This document shows positions 1 through 13,327 of a stretch of 64,000 nt of DNA, in pieces. Both the position numbers and the translations under genes were made by a program. Origin of the DNA: Eledone cirrhosa (Eukaryota); assembly GCA_964016885.1 (NCBI GenBank), contig OZ024752.1, positions 2,542,001 through 2,606,000 of the forward strand, read 5' to 3'. The notes below the pieces were generated by a model. It was not told the DNA's origin. It worked only from the letters and a program-made list of their open reading frames with translations, and did not search any database. Each line of letters opens with the position of its first letter. Position 1 is the first letter of the stretch.

Positions 1-539
1 TATTTTCAAGTTCGCATGTCATCTCCCGGTTAAGACTGCGCATGCTTCGGTGAATCTCATGCATGGAATCTTGGGGTATCATATTACATGGGGTGACTAG
101 CAGAAAATATATATTCCATGCTATCGCGCACGCGCTGGCCTGTGGCTACGACCGTGTCCAGTCTCGGGTAGTAGCAGGCAGCAGGTAGACCAGCTAGACA
201 CACCCCTGCTCAAGGGGCACAACCCCTAACTTATCGAGTGGTCAGACATCAAGGGATTCAACTCTCCAAGCCCATTAAGTCAACCGTGGTAATATACAAA
301 AAAATCCTTAATAATAAAGAACTAACTCAAAAAGAACCACTAATAATAAAGAAGAACTAACTCAAAGGAATTGAATGGCGGAGAATGGGGAGGGGCATCT
401 TTTTGGGCGGGGGTTTATTGGGGGGGGGGCGGTTAATTGGTTATAGGCAGGGAGCGGCCGGCATATTGGGTGTTCTGTTACTGTTTCCTTGGGCAAGTTC
501 CCGAATTTGTTGAAATACATCTCCGACGGCACCTCCCCC

Positions 540-780
540 GATTAGTCTACGTGGGTCCAGGCACTCACAATGTCCCACCTGCAGGCATCAGCTGCCCCCA
601 GGGTGCCCAGCAACAATGCTGCCACCAATCCTAAGTTGGCAAGTGGGACACAGGGTCGACTGTTCCTCACCAGAGTCCTCATCGGCAATCGGGGAGCCGG
701 GGCATCAATGCGGCCGGGGTTACTCAAGAGCACCATACTCGCTTGGAGTCAGCAGTACTACTGCATAAAGACCCCATAAT
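540..780 (-). pseudogene. possible degraded C-terminus of an RLE-endonuclease non-LTR retrotransposon (NeSL/Utopia-like)
   Basis: GC-rich island; minus frame CVPLANLGLVAALLLGTLGA-ADACRWDIVSAW* loosely echoes the KYAPLA..ALIVGALGAW..DTIRWSRDI signature; resemblance by eye only. Confidence 0.25.
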
Positions 781-859
781 TCCTGCAGTTTGCTCCCATC
801 TTCACCAAAATTAATTTTTTGTTTGCTTATGGCCTACAAATAAATTTGCAGACATGCAC

Positions 860-1730
860 TTGCGCATACATTCAGGTAGGGGAAACCTTGTGGGGCAGTA
901 AACCGACTTGATGAATGTTGAAGTTGATATCCTCAATGCAACAAAACGTCATAACTGCTTGAGTTGGTGTTTGGTTTTCACGAAGCGAGATGTATTGGTT
1001 ACCCATTGCTTATAAAGGAAGGTGAACACATGAACTTTTACTTGAACTCATCAAGGGGATCGGTGGTGGGTGGGGGTGGGGGTCAGTAAGCCCCTTCGAC
1101 TTATCTATCGAAGTTCACATTAATACTGTATTAGTACCTGATAACTTTTGAAGTTTACATTCGATTTTAACTTTACCGGACACATTGGTTACCCATTGCC
1201 TAATGATAATGTTTAACACACCGTCTATACCCGAAACAATCAAGGGGTCGCCCAGGAGGCAGTAAGCCCCGGCGAGTCATTTATTGAATTTGGCTATTGT
1301 AATGCAGCAAAGCGTCATAGCTTCGATAATTGGTAGTCCAATAAAACGAATTTCGAATTAGTGAAGATACATTGAGGCACATTTACTTTCATTTCAATTC
1401 AGCAAGAGGACACCCTCGGGGCCAATGAGCCCAATTCATTAACCTATAAAAGTTCAAACTGCCACTATAAAAAAGCACCATAACCTCGGGAGTTTATACT
1501 TGATTCTTAGAAAAACTCAGCGAAATGGTTATTGCCTGCCATAAGATAAAACTCCACACATGCGTTACCACTTGAATTTTGCAAGGGAACCCCCTAGGGA
1601 AGTCAGTGAGCCCCTTTGGACCACTTTTAAAGTTCATATTATGGTTGCAGCAAAGCATTTCAACTTCTGGAAATAAAAGTCAATTTAAATGAAAGTTGAC
1701 GTATCGGTTACTCATGTCCTACAAATGGAG
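860..1730. repeat. highly diverged tandem array, about 5 units of 165-190 bp
   Basis: anchor CAGTAAGCCCC-like at ~896, 1084, 1260, 1423, 1604; anchor ATTGGTTACCCATTG-like at ~994, 1184, 1525, 1703. Confidence 0.7.
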
Positions 1731-1799
1731 TAGATAATTTTTAAATCACCCCGACTTAACTTTAGTTTGTTTAGTTAACTTTAGGAAAATTGAATTTAA

Positions 1800-2060
1800 T
1801 TTTCACCTGGTTGTCTTCCCTGTGTAATTGCACCACAATTAAATGCAGAATGGGAGTTACATTTTTTTCCTTGAACTTTGGCGTCATTTCAGACTCCTAA
1901 ACAAGAAAGCCCGATTTAATCCAGGTGTAAATGTTAACACCTACTGTATGCGGATTGTGCTATTTTAAAGTCATGCCTAAACTGTGCGAATGATTGATTA
2001 GTTTTTGCACCCGGTTGTCTCCCCCATATAATCGCACCTTAATTAAGTGCGAAATGGCGA
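1800..2060. repeat. diverged direct repeat, ~200 bp period
   Basis: CACCTGGTTGTCTTCCC..AATTGCACCACAATTAAATGC at ~1804 versus CACCCGGTTGTCTCCCC..AATCGCACCTTAATTAAGTGC at ~2008. Confidence 0.65.
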
Positions 2061-2768
2061 CCACTGTCGCATTAGTGAGATGTGTTCAGTAGATTTCATC
2101 ACACTTATTTGTATTATCTAACCAATCAGACAACCCGAGTGTTGTGCATTGAGCGAAATTACTCCTATTTATATCGCTCAAGTCCGAGTTAGGATCACAC
2201 TTCTTTTTTGGCTTTAGACAAGTGGTAGTTTTTTCAGATGCGTACTCTCGTAAGCTACCCATGTTTCTGAAACGCATGCTTCTTCAACATTTGTCGCCTT
2301 AAATGATGTTTAGTTAATGTGTTTATCGTCACAAGGTTCCAGTTTACCATACTGTGATTTTTCGGCAATTTTTGCCTGCATTCTTTCAATGGATAGTACT
2401 TACTTATTGCTATGTTCGAACTGAACAAACATACTGACACTGTAGCCACACTATTTAATTTCCTTTATCAAAGGCAGTCCTTACGCTGCCTTTCCCCTAA
2501 CTTAAAACCTGAAATTTGACTGGTACACAAAATCTTGCAAAACATACCCACTTTCTCAGACCACATAGATTTATAACATTTTTTCCCAAGTTATATCCGT
2601 GTTTAGATTTGCTTACTTAAATAATATTAGTCCACTATTTATCGATCTCCCTGGTTCATTTTCTAAAGAAAATGCCCCCACCCCCCCACCCCGAGAAAAC
2701 AACTTTCATTGGTCGATTATCTAATGATGCATATAGGTCAAAATGAAGGCGTCTCATCGAAGATATAA

Positions 2769-3137
2769 ATGCGACCAGTGATCAGGCTCTCACAGAATTC
2801 TGGACAGACAGCAGCTGCAAGAGCGGAGAAAGATGACAGTCGGCGTGAACTTCGACGGAACAAAGAAGCTGCCCGACTGCTACTGCTCGCGCTCGAGAGG
2901 TTGAAGGACGACGTGCCGTTCGACGAAGCACGGACGCCACTGCCACTGCTGCTGCACGAAATACTGAAACCATAGAGCAACGGAGTGGCCGACTTCTGCA
3001 AAGTGAACAGCGGCGATCATCGTTACGTGGCATTTCTAGGACTTGCAATTCACGATGGTTGTTGAAGGCCTTTAACTACGACATCTCCACCGACTACGAT
3101 GTGCTTGCCTTGAAATCTGCACGTCTACACGCCCCTT
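2769..3137 (+). pseudogene. Helitron RepHel N-terminal remnant (charged helical repeats plus AFNYD motif), frameshifted
   Basis: AAARAEKDDSRRELRRNKEAAR then shifted frame ..AAARNTETIEQRSGRLLQSEQRR..KAFNYDISTDY (3068-3097), like the AFxYDxxxDY motif preceding the Helitron Zn finger. Confidence 0.7.
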
Positions 3138-3512
3138 GACCCTATGGTTGGTCCGGACGAAGTTGTTAATTACCCCACATAATTTCTTAAATCCCTAGAC
3201 CCTCCCGGATTGCCACCACACTTACTGCGACTTATGAAAGGCGCGTCTGTCATGCTCCTCAGGAATTTGGAACCCCGAGGGCTTTTCAACGGCACGTGTC
3301 TGGTCGTCCAAAAGGCGATTCCTCATGTTATTGAGGCAACAATACTTACAGGATGTGATATGGGGGATACTGTCTTCATACCAAGGATACTTCTCATTCC
3401 ATCCGGTGAAGACATTCCTTTCACATTCAGAAGGCTGTAATTCCTTCTCCAGATCAGTTTCACCATGTCGATTAACAAATCACAGGGTGAGACGCTGACC
3501 GTCTGTTGGCTG
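3138..3512 (+). pseudogene. Helitron PIF1-like helicase C-terminal remnant with in-frame stops
   Basis: VNYPT*FLKSLDPPGLPPHLLRLMKGASVMLLRNLEPRGLFNGT..VFIPRILLIPS..PFTFRRL*FLLQISFTMSINKSQGETL matches PIF1/Helitron helicase motifs. Confidence 0.93.
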
Positions 3513-4270
3513 CTCTCGTGTGAGGTGCCGACATAAGCTATTTGCTTTTGCAACTCGCGAGAAAACCCAAAATATAGTCTATAAGGAAGTTGTGTAGGCA
3601 CCCCATCCGCCAACAAGTAATCGCTGCTTTTTTTTTTGTATAAGTGCTTACATTTACTGTATCAGTGTGCTATTTTTGTCCTTTTGACAATACCACGTAT
3701 GCCTCTGAGGTTGCTTTTGCTATACGTCATAAATGTTCAGTGTCACCGTTTTCCGCATTTATACGTTGCTATTACGCTTTGCTATCGATGTTCCGTAGTT
3801 TTAACCTAATTAATCTACTTTTACCTACGTCTTATTTACACATTTTGTTGACATTCCAGGGTGGTTTTGCCAAGGCCGTTTTTGTGGCCACCGACATTTA
3901 CATGCTTTTCAAGGTTACAATCTCAAATAACAAGCACATCAAGTACGACACACCAAAGTGGTGTGAAGGACTTCTTAATGGCCACCACCTCTAATCGGAG
4001 TCCTCTTTGATGCCGCTGGGACTTTCAAGAGTGGATGATCCAAGCCCCCCACCCCTCAGGGCCACCAAGTTTATATTGTTACCATCGGATTCGTCTTTGC
4101 TGGCAGCACCGCCGCAGAGATATTTCAAACTGGACGTTCAAAGGCCCTCCTTAGAGCCAACGCCTATACATTGTTACTTCTATAGTCGTGTTTAACAGAA
4201 TTATTTCGGTTCATTTGAACGACTACTCCATTGAAAGTTATACCGGGCAACGCCGGGTACCTCTGCTAGT

Positions 4271-4434
<164 letters not shown>

Positions 4435-4471
4435 CTTCACTATATATTATTTCACTATATATATATATATA

Positions 4472-5139
<668 letters not shown>

Positions 5140-5140
5140 T

Positions 5141-5550
5141 TAGTGAAATAAAATAACAAGGATGATTGTTTACTCCTTCATTACTTTTATTGGTTGGTGA
5201 CGCGAGTTTCACCACTGATCAACTCAAGGTTCGATCTGTATCGATCTATCCCGACTGTGTAATCAGCGGCTCGTCAGATCTGTTATAATTTTTCCATTAC
5301 CATTATAAGGGGTCTGACGAGCTCCGGATTATATGGTCAGGATAGATTCATACAGATCGATCCACGAGCTGATCAGTGGCGAAACGCGCTCACCAACCAA
5401 TAAAAGTAATGAAGGAGTAACCAATCGTCCTTGTTATTTTATTTCACTATAATACACTCTGTCTAGCTCTAGATCTCGACACTGAAGTGAACCTAAACAT
5501 CGAGTGCTCACCCAGGTGAACATACAGCAACTCCAAGGTACACTCCCTGG
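5141..5550. mobile_element. fold-back HHR element between (TA)n tracts (family 2)
   Basis: inverted arms ~5141-5280 and 5312-5449 plus 100 bp tail; HHRs at 5196-5280 (-) and 5311-5394 (+): GGU-CUGACGA-GC..GC-GAAA-CGCGC-UC/ACC. Confidence 0.8.
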
Positions 5551-6123
5551 ATATATATATATATATGAGTGTGTGTGTGGGCTGGGGGTGGGATACGTAT
5601 GGGTGTGTGTGTGTGTCAATGTGTGCGTGTGTGTGTGTGAGTGTGTGTGTGTGTGTTTGTGTGTCTGTGTCTGTGTATATATATATAGCTAACATATAAT
5701 ATAGCATATTAGACAAGAAATTCATGAGAGATAGAAAAACATATATGGAAACTTATGAGGTCATTTCCCGTTTATAAGAAACTAAACACATGTAATTAAT
5801 TTCAAATTGTATTATCTTACAAAGCCTTTAAAATTGAGAGGGTGTCATGTACACATAAGTAGGAGTAAATCTATATTCTTAAGAGATAATATCAATTTAA
5901 CATCGTGTATTGAGTATTGTTATATATTACATACAGGTCATGAATAAAAGGATTTTAATTTGAGAACCATGTGGAATTTATAGTAGTATTCGCATGCATG
6001 TTTAGTTATTTCCTTCCACGAGGCATTTACTTTCATTCTTTTAAATTTATTCTTATGAGTTTCCAGGAAATTAAACGGTTTACAAATTATGTTGGTATTT
6101 TCGATAATAATATTCTCTTAAAT

Positions 6124-7095
6124 CACAGGTTCTCAACGCATTTCGGCCAAAAATGCACCTGGAAATAACAAAATGCCCCACCGCCACATCCTATTTTTCC
6201 ATTTATAAAATATACTACTGATTTTGACATCAGTAGATTAATAAAAAAAATATTAACAATATTCCAAAGATACCATTGCAGGCAGCTGAGAGTATAAATA
6301 GATTCCTTGAAAGGAAGTATATAAATTTAAAAAAAAGGAACATAAATGTACTTTTTTTATTAATAAGGACCAGTTGAATTTGTTATATTCCCACAAGGCG
6401 ATACCAGCTACTTTGAACATTTATACAACAGCAACTCTCTGTATCCAAAGAGTGCCCTTATTTGGAAGAAAGTGGCAATTACAAATGAAAAGATTTTTAG
6501 TTTGCTTCGTGACAATAGCATATCCAAGTTTTCGGATAAATCACTTACTTTAACTTTGGCCGCATTTCAATGTAGCAGGAGATCTCTACATTTTAGCGGT
6601 TGCGAGCCTTACTGTGCAGCCTGGAAACATAGCCAAACCCCATCTTGACTATGTATGAGCTTGGAAAAGGCAGAGCAAATTTCTTAAACACTGCATGTAC
6701 GAATGAAAATCGACGCTGAATTTCCTCTTGCATCCACCACAAAAAGGGTTCACCTGTTGATCATGTCATCGGTTTGAAGTTCAATGAATTCTTACTGAAA
6801 TTTGGCGTCCAACTCGTCGGCGTTAGCTATAAAGGGATCGCCTATCCACATTCGGATGTCCATCGCAAAAGGTTGACAAACCGTTCTCTCATGTTGCTTT
6901 GTAGAACTGACATATTTCTGTCTGGATGCTCATTCAAATGCATTCACACTGCATGTCTCAGGTACAAATAAGGTTTATAAAACTTACCAGAGTAAAGAAC
7001 CTTCGAGCGCCACCACTGCTCCAAACGCCCCCCCCCCCCTAACGCCCTTTGCACCAAAACGCACCGCTTGAGCTATGAAACGTTGAGAACCTTTG
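6124..7095 (-). mobile_element. non-autonomous hAT (Charlie/Buster-type) DNA transposon
   Basis: TIRs CACAGGTTCTCAACG (6124-6138) and CGTTGAGAACCTTTG (7081-7095); 8-bp TSD TCTTAAAT / TCGTAAAT. Confidence 0.88.
6540..6930 (-). pseudogene. hAT transposase C-terminal dimerisation domain remnant
   Basis: NMRERFVNLL..MDIRMWIGDPF..FQ*EFIELQTDD..LWWMQEEIQRRF..KKFALPFPSSYIVKMGFGYVSRLHSKARNR* with frameshifts. Confidence 0.85.
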
Positions 7096-7230
7096 TCGTA
7101 AATGGATCGTCCATAGCATAATAGATTTGTTGATCACAGCCTGCTTTCGGTTATTCATTTATCAGAAAACAGAGAGAGGCATATATACACACACACACAC
7201 ACACACACCCACACACACAAATACACACAG

Positions 7231-7314
<84 letters not shown>

Positions 7315-7354
7315 AAACGAAAAAATCAGTGATGCATCTGGACCCAGTTTATTG

Positions 7355-7444
7355 TGTGTCACAATTGTTTCGCCGGCAGATAGCTCGAGACAGGATCATT
7401 GCATGGATCTGTCTGATTCTAGATCACCAGGTTCTTCGGACACA
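7355..7444 (-). ncRNA. degenerate hammerhead (U4C core, cleavage triplet mutated)
   Basis: UGUGU-CCGAAGA-long helix II-GAAA-CAAUUG-UG/ACACA, then AAUAAA and (TA)n. Confidence 0.55.
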
Positions 7445-7574
7445 TGCAATACTTTCGGAACAAACTTTCTCACTGGGGTGTTAGCTTAAAAAAACGTACG
7501 TGTGTATGTATACATACATACATATATATATCTATATGTATGTATGTGTATGTATGTGTGTATATATGTATGTA

Positions 7575-7670
<96 letters not shown>

Positions 7671-7793
7671 GGTAAACATTGATGCAATTCAAGTCAAGCA
7701 CTCAACGTACTTTTTCCACATAGGAGTGACGGAGTAAATATCGAATAAGGAAAAGCGAAGTAGTTTTAGATGTTCAAGTCCTTTAATAATAAT

Positions 7794-7867
7794 GCTGTGA
7801 TATATATTTCAGTGACGACACTGGCCACACTGTTCTGTGTGCGAGTGTCGTGTCATCATCAGACAGC
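7794..7867 (-). ncRNA. type I hammerhead ribozyme, intact core
   Basis: reverse complement of 8978-9051. Confidence 0.88.
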
Positions 7868-8977
7868 TTGTTACATAATAAGGTTATGTTTCCGAGGCAA
7901 TCCAAATTGGATCGACAAGGGAACGGATGAATTGCTTGTTTTGGGGTTTTTCATCCGCTCCCTTGTGAGTACCAATTCACCCCCACCGGCCCGCGCAAGC
8001 GCATGTCCGAAGGAAGTTGACCATTCGCCACCGCAGACTTCAACGAAATTTGCTTAGTCAGTTCAGCCTGTCATCCAAAACAATGGCCCACCAATGCCTG
8101 TACCATATTTTACTGCTACCCATCACGGCTGTGGGAGTCAGCCGAGAGCCAGAGGGGATGGGAGAGTGTTAGTTTCTACAGGTCATAATACTACCCCTCA
8201 CTAAGCGTTGACGGTACGACTGACCATCACCTTATAAGGGAAAATAAACTTATTCTAGGTATCATGGTTTTACGTTGGAAGTTAAGAGTGAGAGTTGGAA
8301 ATAAAAATTAAAATCCTAAATCAAATATCAGAAATTATAAATTAAACAATTAAGAAATTAACAATTAGAAATTAAAGAATTAAAAAAAGAATAAAAAAAA
8401 ATCTTTTCAGGTGATAATTCGGATTGAGGTGAGTAAAAATATAGACTGAAGTGAGTAAATAATATGGAGAGAGGTGTTTAAGTAATATGTTCTGAGAGGG
8501 ATTCTAGTGTCACACTTACTCTATCCAAATATTGAACGACAGTGCCGTACATTATAACTACAGGGCTCCAGGCATTAGTGAATCTGGTACACAGTCCTAA
8601 TTTCCATCACATGGAACTAAATCAAGGTTGCAGGTGTTATATCAGAGTTTTCGTACCGTCAACGCTTAGTGAAGGGTACTCTCCCATCCCCTCTGGCTCT
8701 CGGCTGATTGCAACAGCCGTGATGGGTAGCAGTAAAATATGGTACAGGGTTTGGTGGGCCATTGTCTTGGATAACAGGGTGAACTGACTAAGCAAATTTC
8801 GTTGAAGTCTGCGGTGGCGAATGGTCAACTTCCTTCGGACATGCGCTTGCGCAGGCCGGTGGGGGTGAATTGGTACTCACAAGGGAGCGGATGAAAAACT
8901 CCAAAACAAGCAATTCATCCGTTCCCTTGTCGATCCAATTTGGATTGCTTCGGAAACATAACCTTATTATGTAACAA

Positions 8978-9051
8978 GCTGTCTGATGATGACACGACAC
9001 TCGCACACAGAACAGTGTGGCCAGTGTCGTCACTGAAATATATATCACAGC
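8978..9051 (+). ncRNA. type I hammerhead ribozyme, intact core
   Basis: GCUGU-CUGAUGA-ugac-ACGACACU..AGUGUCGU-cacu-GAAA-UAUAUA-UC/ACAGC: 5-bp helix I, 8-bp helix II, palindromic helix III. Confidence 0.9.
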
Positions 9052-9098
9052 ATTATTATTAAAGGACTTGAACATCTGAAACTACTTCGCTTTTCCTT

Positions 9099-9173
<75 letters not shown>

Positions 9174-9597
9174 TGCCAACTCGTTTTCGAGTACGGCCAC
9201 TACTTTATATCCATGTAGGCGAACCCCTACCGATGCGCTGAACGAGTGTGACTTTTTAGTCCAGCCAGCGACTTGAAAACTCTGGTACAAACACTACATT
9301 TGTGACAATTATTGACACATAGTGCTGGCCCCATGGTACCATGTGACGATAAGTGCAGAGAGATCTCCAGATATAAAGCAATGCCTGTGCCGTGAAGCTT
9401 TTATAGTGAGCAAGGGCACTGCACAAAGCCAGTCCCACTCTCTTAACCAAGATGATATTTACCAAAGGGAAGAACAAGTCAACATCATTGGATACCCTCA
9501 GGGTTGCAGGTGTTATATCAGAGTTTTCCTTCTCCTAGAATTCTGCCTTGACAAAGGCTAAGGGCTCATCTCTCCCTGATATATATATATATATATG

Positions 9598-9960
9598 AGG
9601 GTGTTAAAGTTTGCTTGAAGCATTGTGAAATGTTAAAAATATGTAGTTTAGAAAGCCACAACAATGCAGATGGGAAATCTCGAGGTAGGAAGTGAGTGAG
9701 AAATAGGAGAAAAGTGAAAATTGAGAGAAACGACAATACAACTTTCTCCGGCTTAGCCTGTTCCCCCCCTTTTGGAACTTCTCCCCGTTGATGGGCGTAA
9801 GCCCGAAATATTGGGATTAAATCTCCACTACGGTAACCCTTCTACCTTTGTTTTGTTTTCATTTTCGTTTCTCTCAATTTTCACTTTTCTCCTATTTCTC
9901 ACTCACTTCCTACCTCGAGATTTCCCATCTGCATTGTTGTGGCTTTCTAAACTACATATT
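9598..9960. mobile_element. fold-back element between (TA)n tracts with degenerate HHR-like loop
   Basis: perfect ~95 bp inverted arms ~9639-9733 and ~9866-9960; loop holds CCC-CGUUGAU-GGGC(guaa)GCCC-GAAA-UA-UU-GGG at ~9783-9815. Confidence 0.65.
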
Positions 9961-10384
9961 ATATATATATATATAAATTTATATATTTTTCTAGTTACTT
10001 ATTTATTTATTTATATGTGTGTATGTATACATGCATGAATGTGTATGGATGTATGTTTAAGGTTACATGGTTTATATTTGTGCATGTATAACATGATGCA
10101 TCTATCCATGGATGACCCTGTTTGACCTTTTGTGCAGATGTATATGACTGTGAGTATATCACATTGGGGTACAGACAGAGATATATACATGTGTGCGTGT
10201 ATATTTCTCTGTGGATGTACGTGGACACGGAGGTAATTGGTATTTGTTAAAATGTGTATGAGCCAGTGATTGTGTGTGTGAGTGTGTGTGTGTGTGCGTG
10301 TGCCAGTGGGTGTCTGTGTATGTGTGTGTATCTGCACCTACATATGGTAGGGATAGTTTGTGAGTTTTTTTTGTGCGTGTGCAT

Positions 10385-10424
<40 letters not shown>

Positions 10425-10454
10425 TTATATATATATATATATATATATAGAGAT

Positions 10455-10630
10455 AGATAGATGAGATTCTACAGGACTAGAACTATTTCATTCTTTAGAA
10501 TGATTTCTAAAGAATGAAACAGTTCTAGTCCTGTAGAATCTCATCTATATAACAACTTTTATACTCTGCTATGTATTGAGTACCTTACTTACTGTGGTTA
10601 CCACCTCCGATTCAACCCGGAATAACGTAG
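10455..10630. mobile_element. short palindromic HHR-derived element (family 4)
   Basis: ~45 bp arms folding at ~10502; right arm GAAA-CAG..CUG-UA/GAAUC; tail homologous to 47590-47721 (minus). Confidence 0.7.
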
Positions 10631-10640
10631 ATATATATAT

Positions 10641-10725
10641 ACGACGGCAGAGCTCAAGTGGTTTCGACAGCTATTTCTGGTCTGAAATAGCCGTCGAAAC
10701 GGCTTGAGCTCTGCCGTCGGGGTCT
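10641..10725. mobile_element. short palindromic HHR fragment (family 5)
   Basis: CGACGGCAGAGCTCAAG..TTTCGACAGCTATTTC / GAAATAGCCGTCGAAACGGCTTGAGCTCTGCCGTCG; same family as 32828-32990, 49315-49410, 51778-51965. Confidence 0.75.
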
Positions 10726-10887
10726 AACATTTTTCTGTATATATATATATATATCTATATATATGTTTATATATATATTTTCTTATTATTTTGTTATGAA
10801 TTAATCACGCTCATTCTCTGTTAATTTATTGAGTACTTCGTCTTACTGTGTTTCGGATAACCTTTCTAAAATCATAGTTAAATACAA

Positions 10888-10999
<112 letters not shown>

Positions 11000-11832
11000 G
11001 TATGCGCGTATATGTATATGTGCATGTATGTGTTTGTTTCCGCATACTTAAAAAAATCAATATTTATATCCATACAAACATATGTATATATACTCACACA
11101 AACACATATACATTTATCATTCTTAAATTAAAATATTCATTTACCCGTCCATTGTTGACTGAATAATATAATCCTCTCTATAGTAGATAGTTTTCAATTT
11201 CTCTCCAGAGTGCACCTGAATAAATGTATAGATAAAAGTGTGCATACGATACTATTATTATTTTGTATGAAAATATCAATACATTTTCAAATGCACTACA
11301 GAAGAAGCTGAATAATTTAAACCTGATACTAGAATATGTTTTAATATATTATAGAGTGTTTGCCTTCTTCTAGTAGTATGAAAAAATTAAAATTAAAAAC
11401 AACCTGTGAAACATAACAATTATAAATCAGTCATTTTTGATATATTCTCTCTAAACAGTAAGACCTATGAATATTCTTATTTTCAATTTATCTTTTCAAT
11501 TAAGTTAATTGATCAAAAGAAAACGAAGATATTCTCTATCAAACTACAATACATTTGCAATTCCATGAGCGCCCAACCATGTCGAATATTTTTGGGACAT
11601 ATAATGCTGAATTGTGATAAAATATGAAAAATGTTTTCCTTTCAATTCTAAAGTTTTATAAACAATACGCCACACTGAATTCAATAGATATGAACGAACG
11701 TATGTGTATATGCGTATATAACTGTATTTCTTGTAAGCCTTGAAAGAAATGTACCTGACAACATATAAATGCATATAACACACATTTATACATCAACACA
11801 TAGACGCATTCCCTCTCTCGCTTTCTTTCTCT

Positions 11833-11897
<65 letters not shown>

Positions 11898-11959
11898 TCA
11901 ATGTATGTATCCTTGGATAGGTGTGGGTGGATGCAGACGCATATATATATATGTATGTG

Positions 11960-12030
<71 letters not shown>

Positions 12031-12249
12031 TACAGTAAATTGATATACGTATGTATATATCTTCACTGATTTATGCAACTTATGGTTAATACACGTAAAT
12101 ATATGTATCCGCAAGTATGTGAATTTTAAATATGTAAATACAAACATCATTGTATATATATACATATATATATATATAAATATATATGTGCGTGCGTGTG
12201 TGTGTATGTGTGTGTGCATACATATATATGTGCATGTGTGCATTTGTTG

Positions 12250-12281
<32 letters not shown>

Positions 12282-12931
12282 ATATATGTGTATGTGTAGG
12301 TGTTTGTTTGTGTGTGAATGTTTATGTTTAAAGACAAAAAGAAGTACATTCAATATGTATATGCACGCATGCATGTTGGAACAAAGATTAATATGCAATC
12401 CAATATATTTCAACAAGATAACGACTGAGCATTAAGTAAGTGACAATGCTTCTTTTGTTCATATATACACATCAATGGATAACTTCAATCACTTCTTCAA
12501 GTTCTTACAATTATAAAATATTTTCATCATTCTACCAATGGAATAAAGTTGATAGAATGTACGTTTTATGGTTTTGTTGATTGTGTACGGATGAATAGAT
12601 GCTAATTTTTTTCATATGATTTATGTTGTACAGCGTAGTTATGTTTCACATTGTAGAGCATGGAATATCTCAACCTTTAAATCACATGCATATATGCAGT
12701 GTTATCTGTGTAATAATATAGACACACATATATACATACATATGTTGAAGAGGCTTGGAATATATTCCGTAAAGCGTCCTATCCAACTGAGTAGTTCACA
12801 GATTCGTTCTCTCTCTCCCACTCTTTCTCTCATTCTCACTCTCTCACACTCTATCCCTAACTGCCTATCTATCTGCTTATCTGCACACACGAACAAGTTC
12901 CATATATACACACACACACACACAAACACGC

Positions 12932-12972
<41 letters not shown>

Positions 12973-12974
12973 AA

Positions 12975-13313
12975 AGGATGAAATCGATAATGCAACTGGA
13001 GTCTTATTTAAAAAAATATATATATTTATTTGGTTCCTTTACCGGTTTCGCAGTTCTTCTGCTTTTCAAAAGTAGAGTTGAGATGGAGAGTTTGTGGTTT
13101 TTATCACATCTGAGAAAAACCACAGACCCTCCATCTCAACTCTAATTTTGAAAAGCAAAAGAACTGCGAAACCGGTAAAGGAACCAAATAAATATATATA
13201 TATTTTTTAAATAAGACTCCAGTGCATTTTTGATTTCATCTTGTTTTCTCTATACTATCACTCGTGTAGGACACCGGTTATTTTTCATTTTGTAAAAGAA
13301 ACCCACTTTCTAA
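12975..13313. mobile_element. palindromic HHR element (family A)
   Basis: ~130 bp arms folding at ~13107; HHRs 13037-13072 (-) and 13145-13180 (+): CUU-UUGAAAA-GCAG(aagaa)CUGC-GAAA-CCGG-UA/AAG. Confidence 0.85.
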
Positions 13314-13327
13314 TATATATATATATA

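Larger units (their letters stand above)
2740..4269 (+). mobile_element. internally deleted Helitron (5' end not located, may extend upstream over the tandem arrays)
   Basis: RepHel N-terminal and helicase C-terminal remnants plus canonical 3' terminus: hairpin TACCGGGCAACGCCGGGTA (4241-4259) followed by CTAG (4266-4269) and T. Confidence 0.9.
7742..9101. mobile_element. large fold-back HHR element (family 3) with ~450 bp inverted arms
   Basis: arms ~7743-8218 and ~8652-9101 (ORF-track entries 7770-8057 + and 8788-9075 - are near identical); (TA)n at the right end and 70 bp from the left end. Confidence 0.85.

Noticed and set aside
860-1730. Regularly spaced motifs suggesting a CRISPR array
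   Set aside because: Whole units are homologous and degenerate, there are no unique spacers or cas genes, and the context is eukaryotic
7770-9075. Two near-identical 95-aa ORFs on opposite strands
   Set aside because: A by-product of the inverted arms; each is antisense to the ribozyme and resembles no protein I recognise
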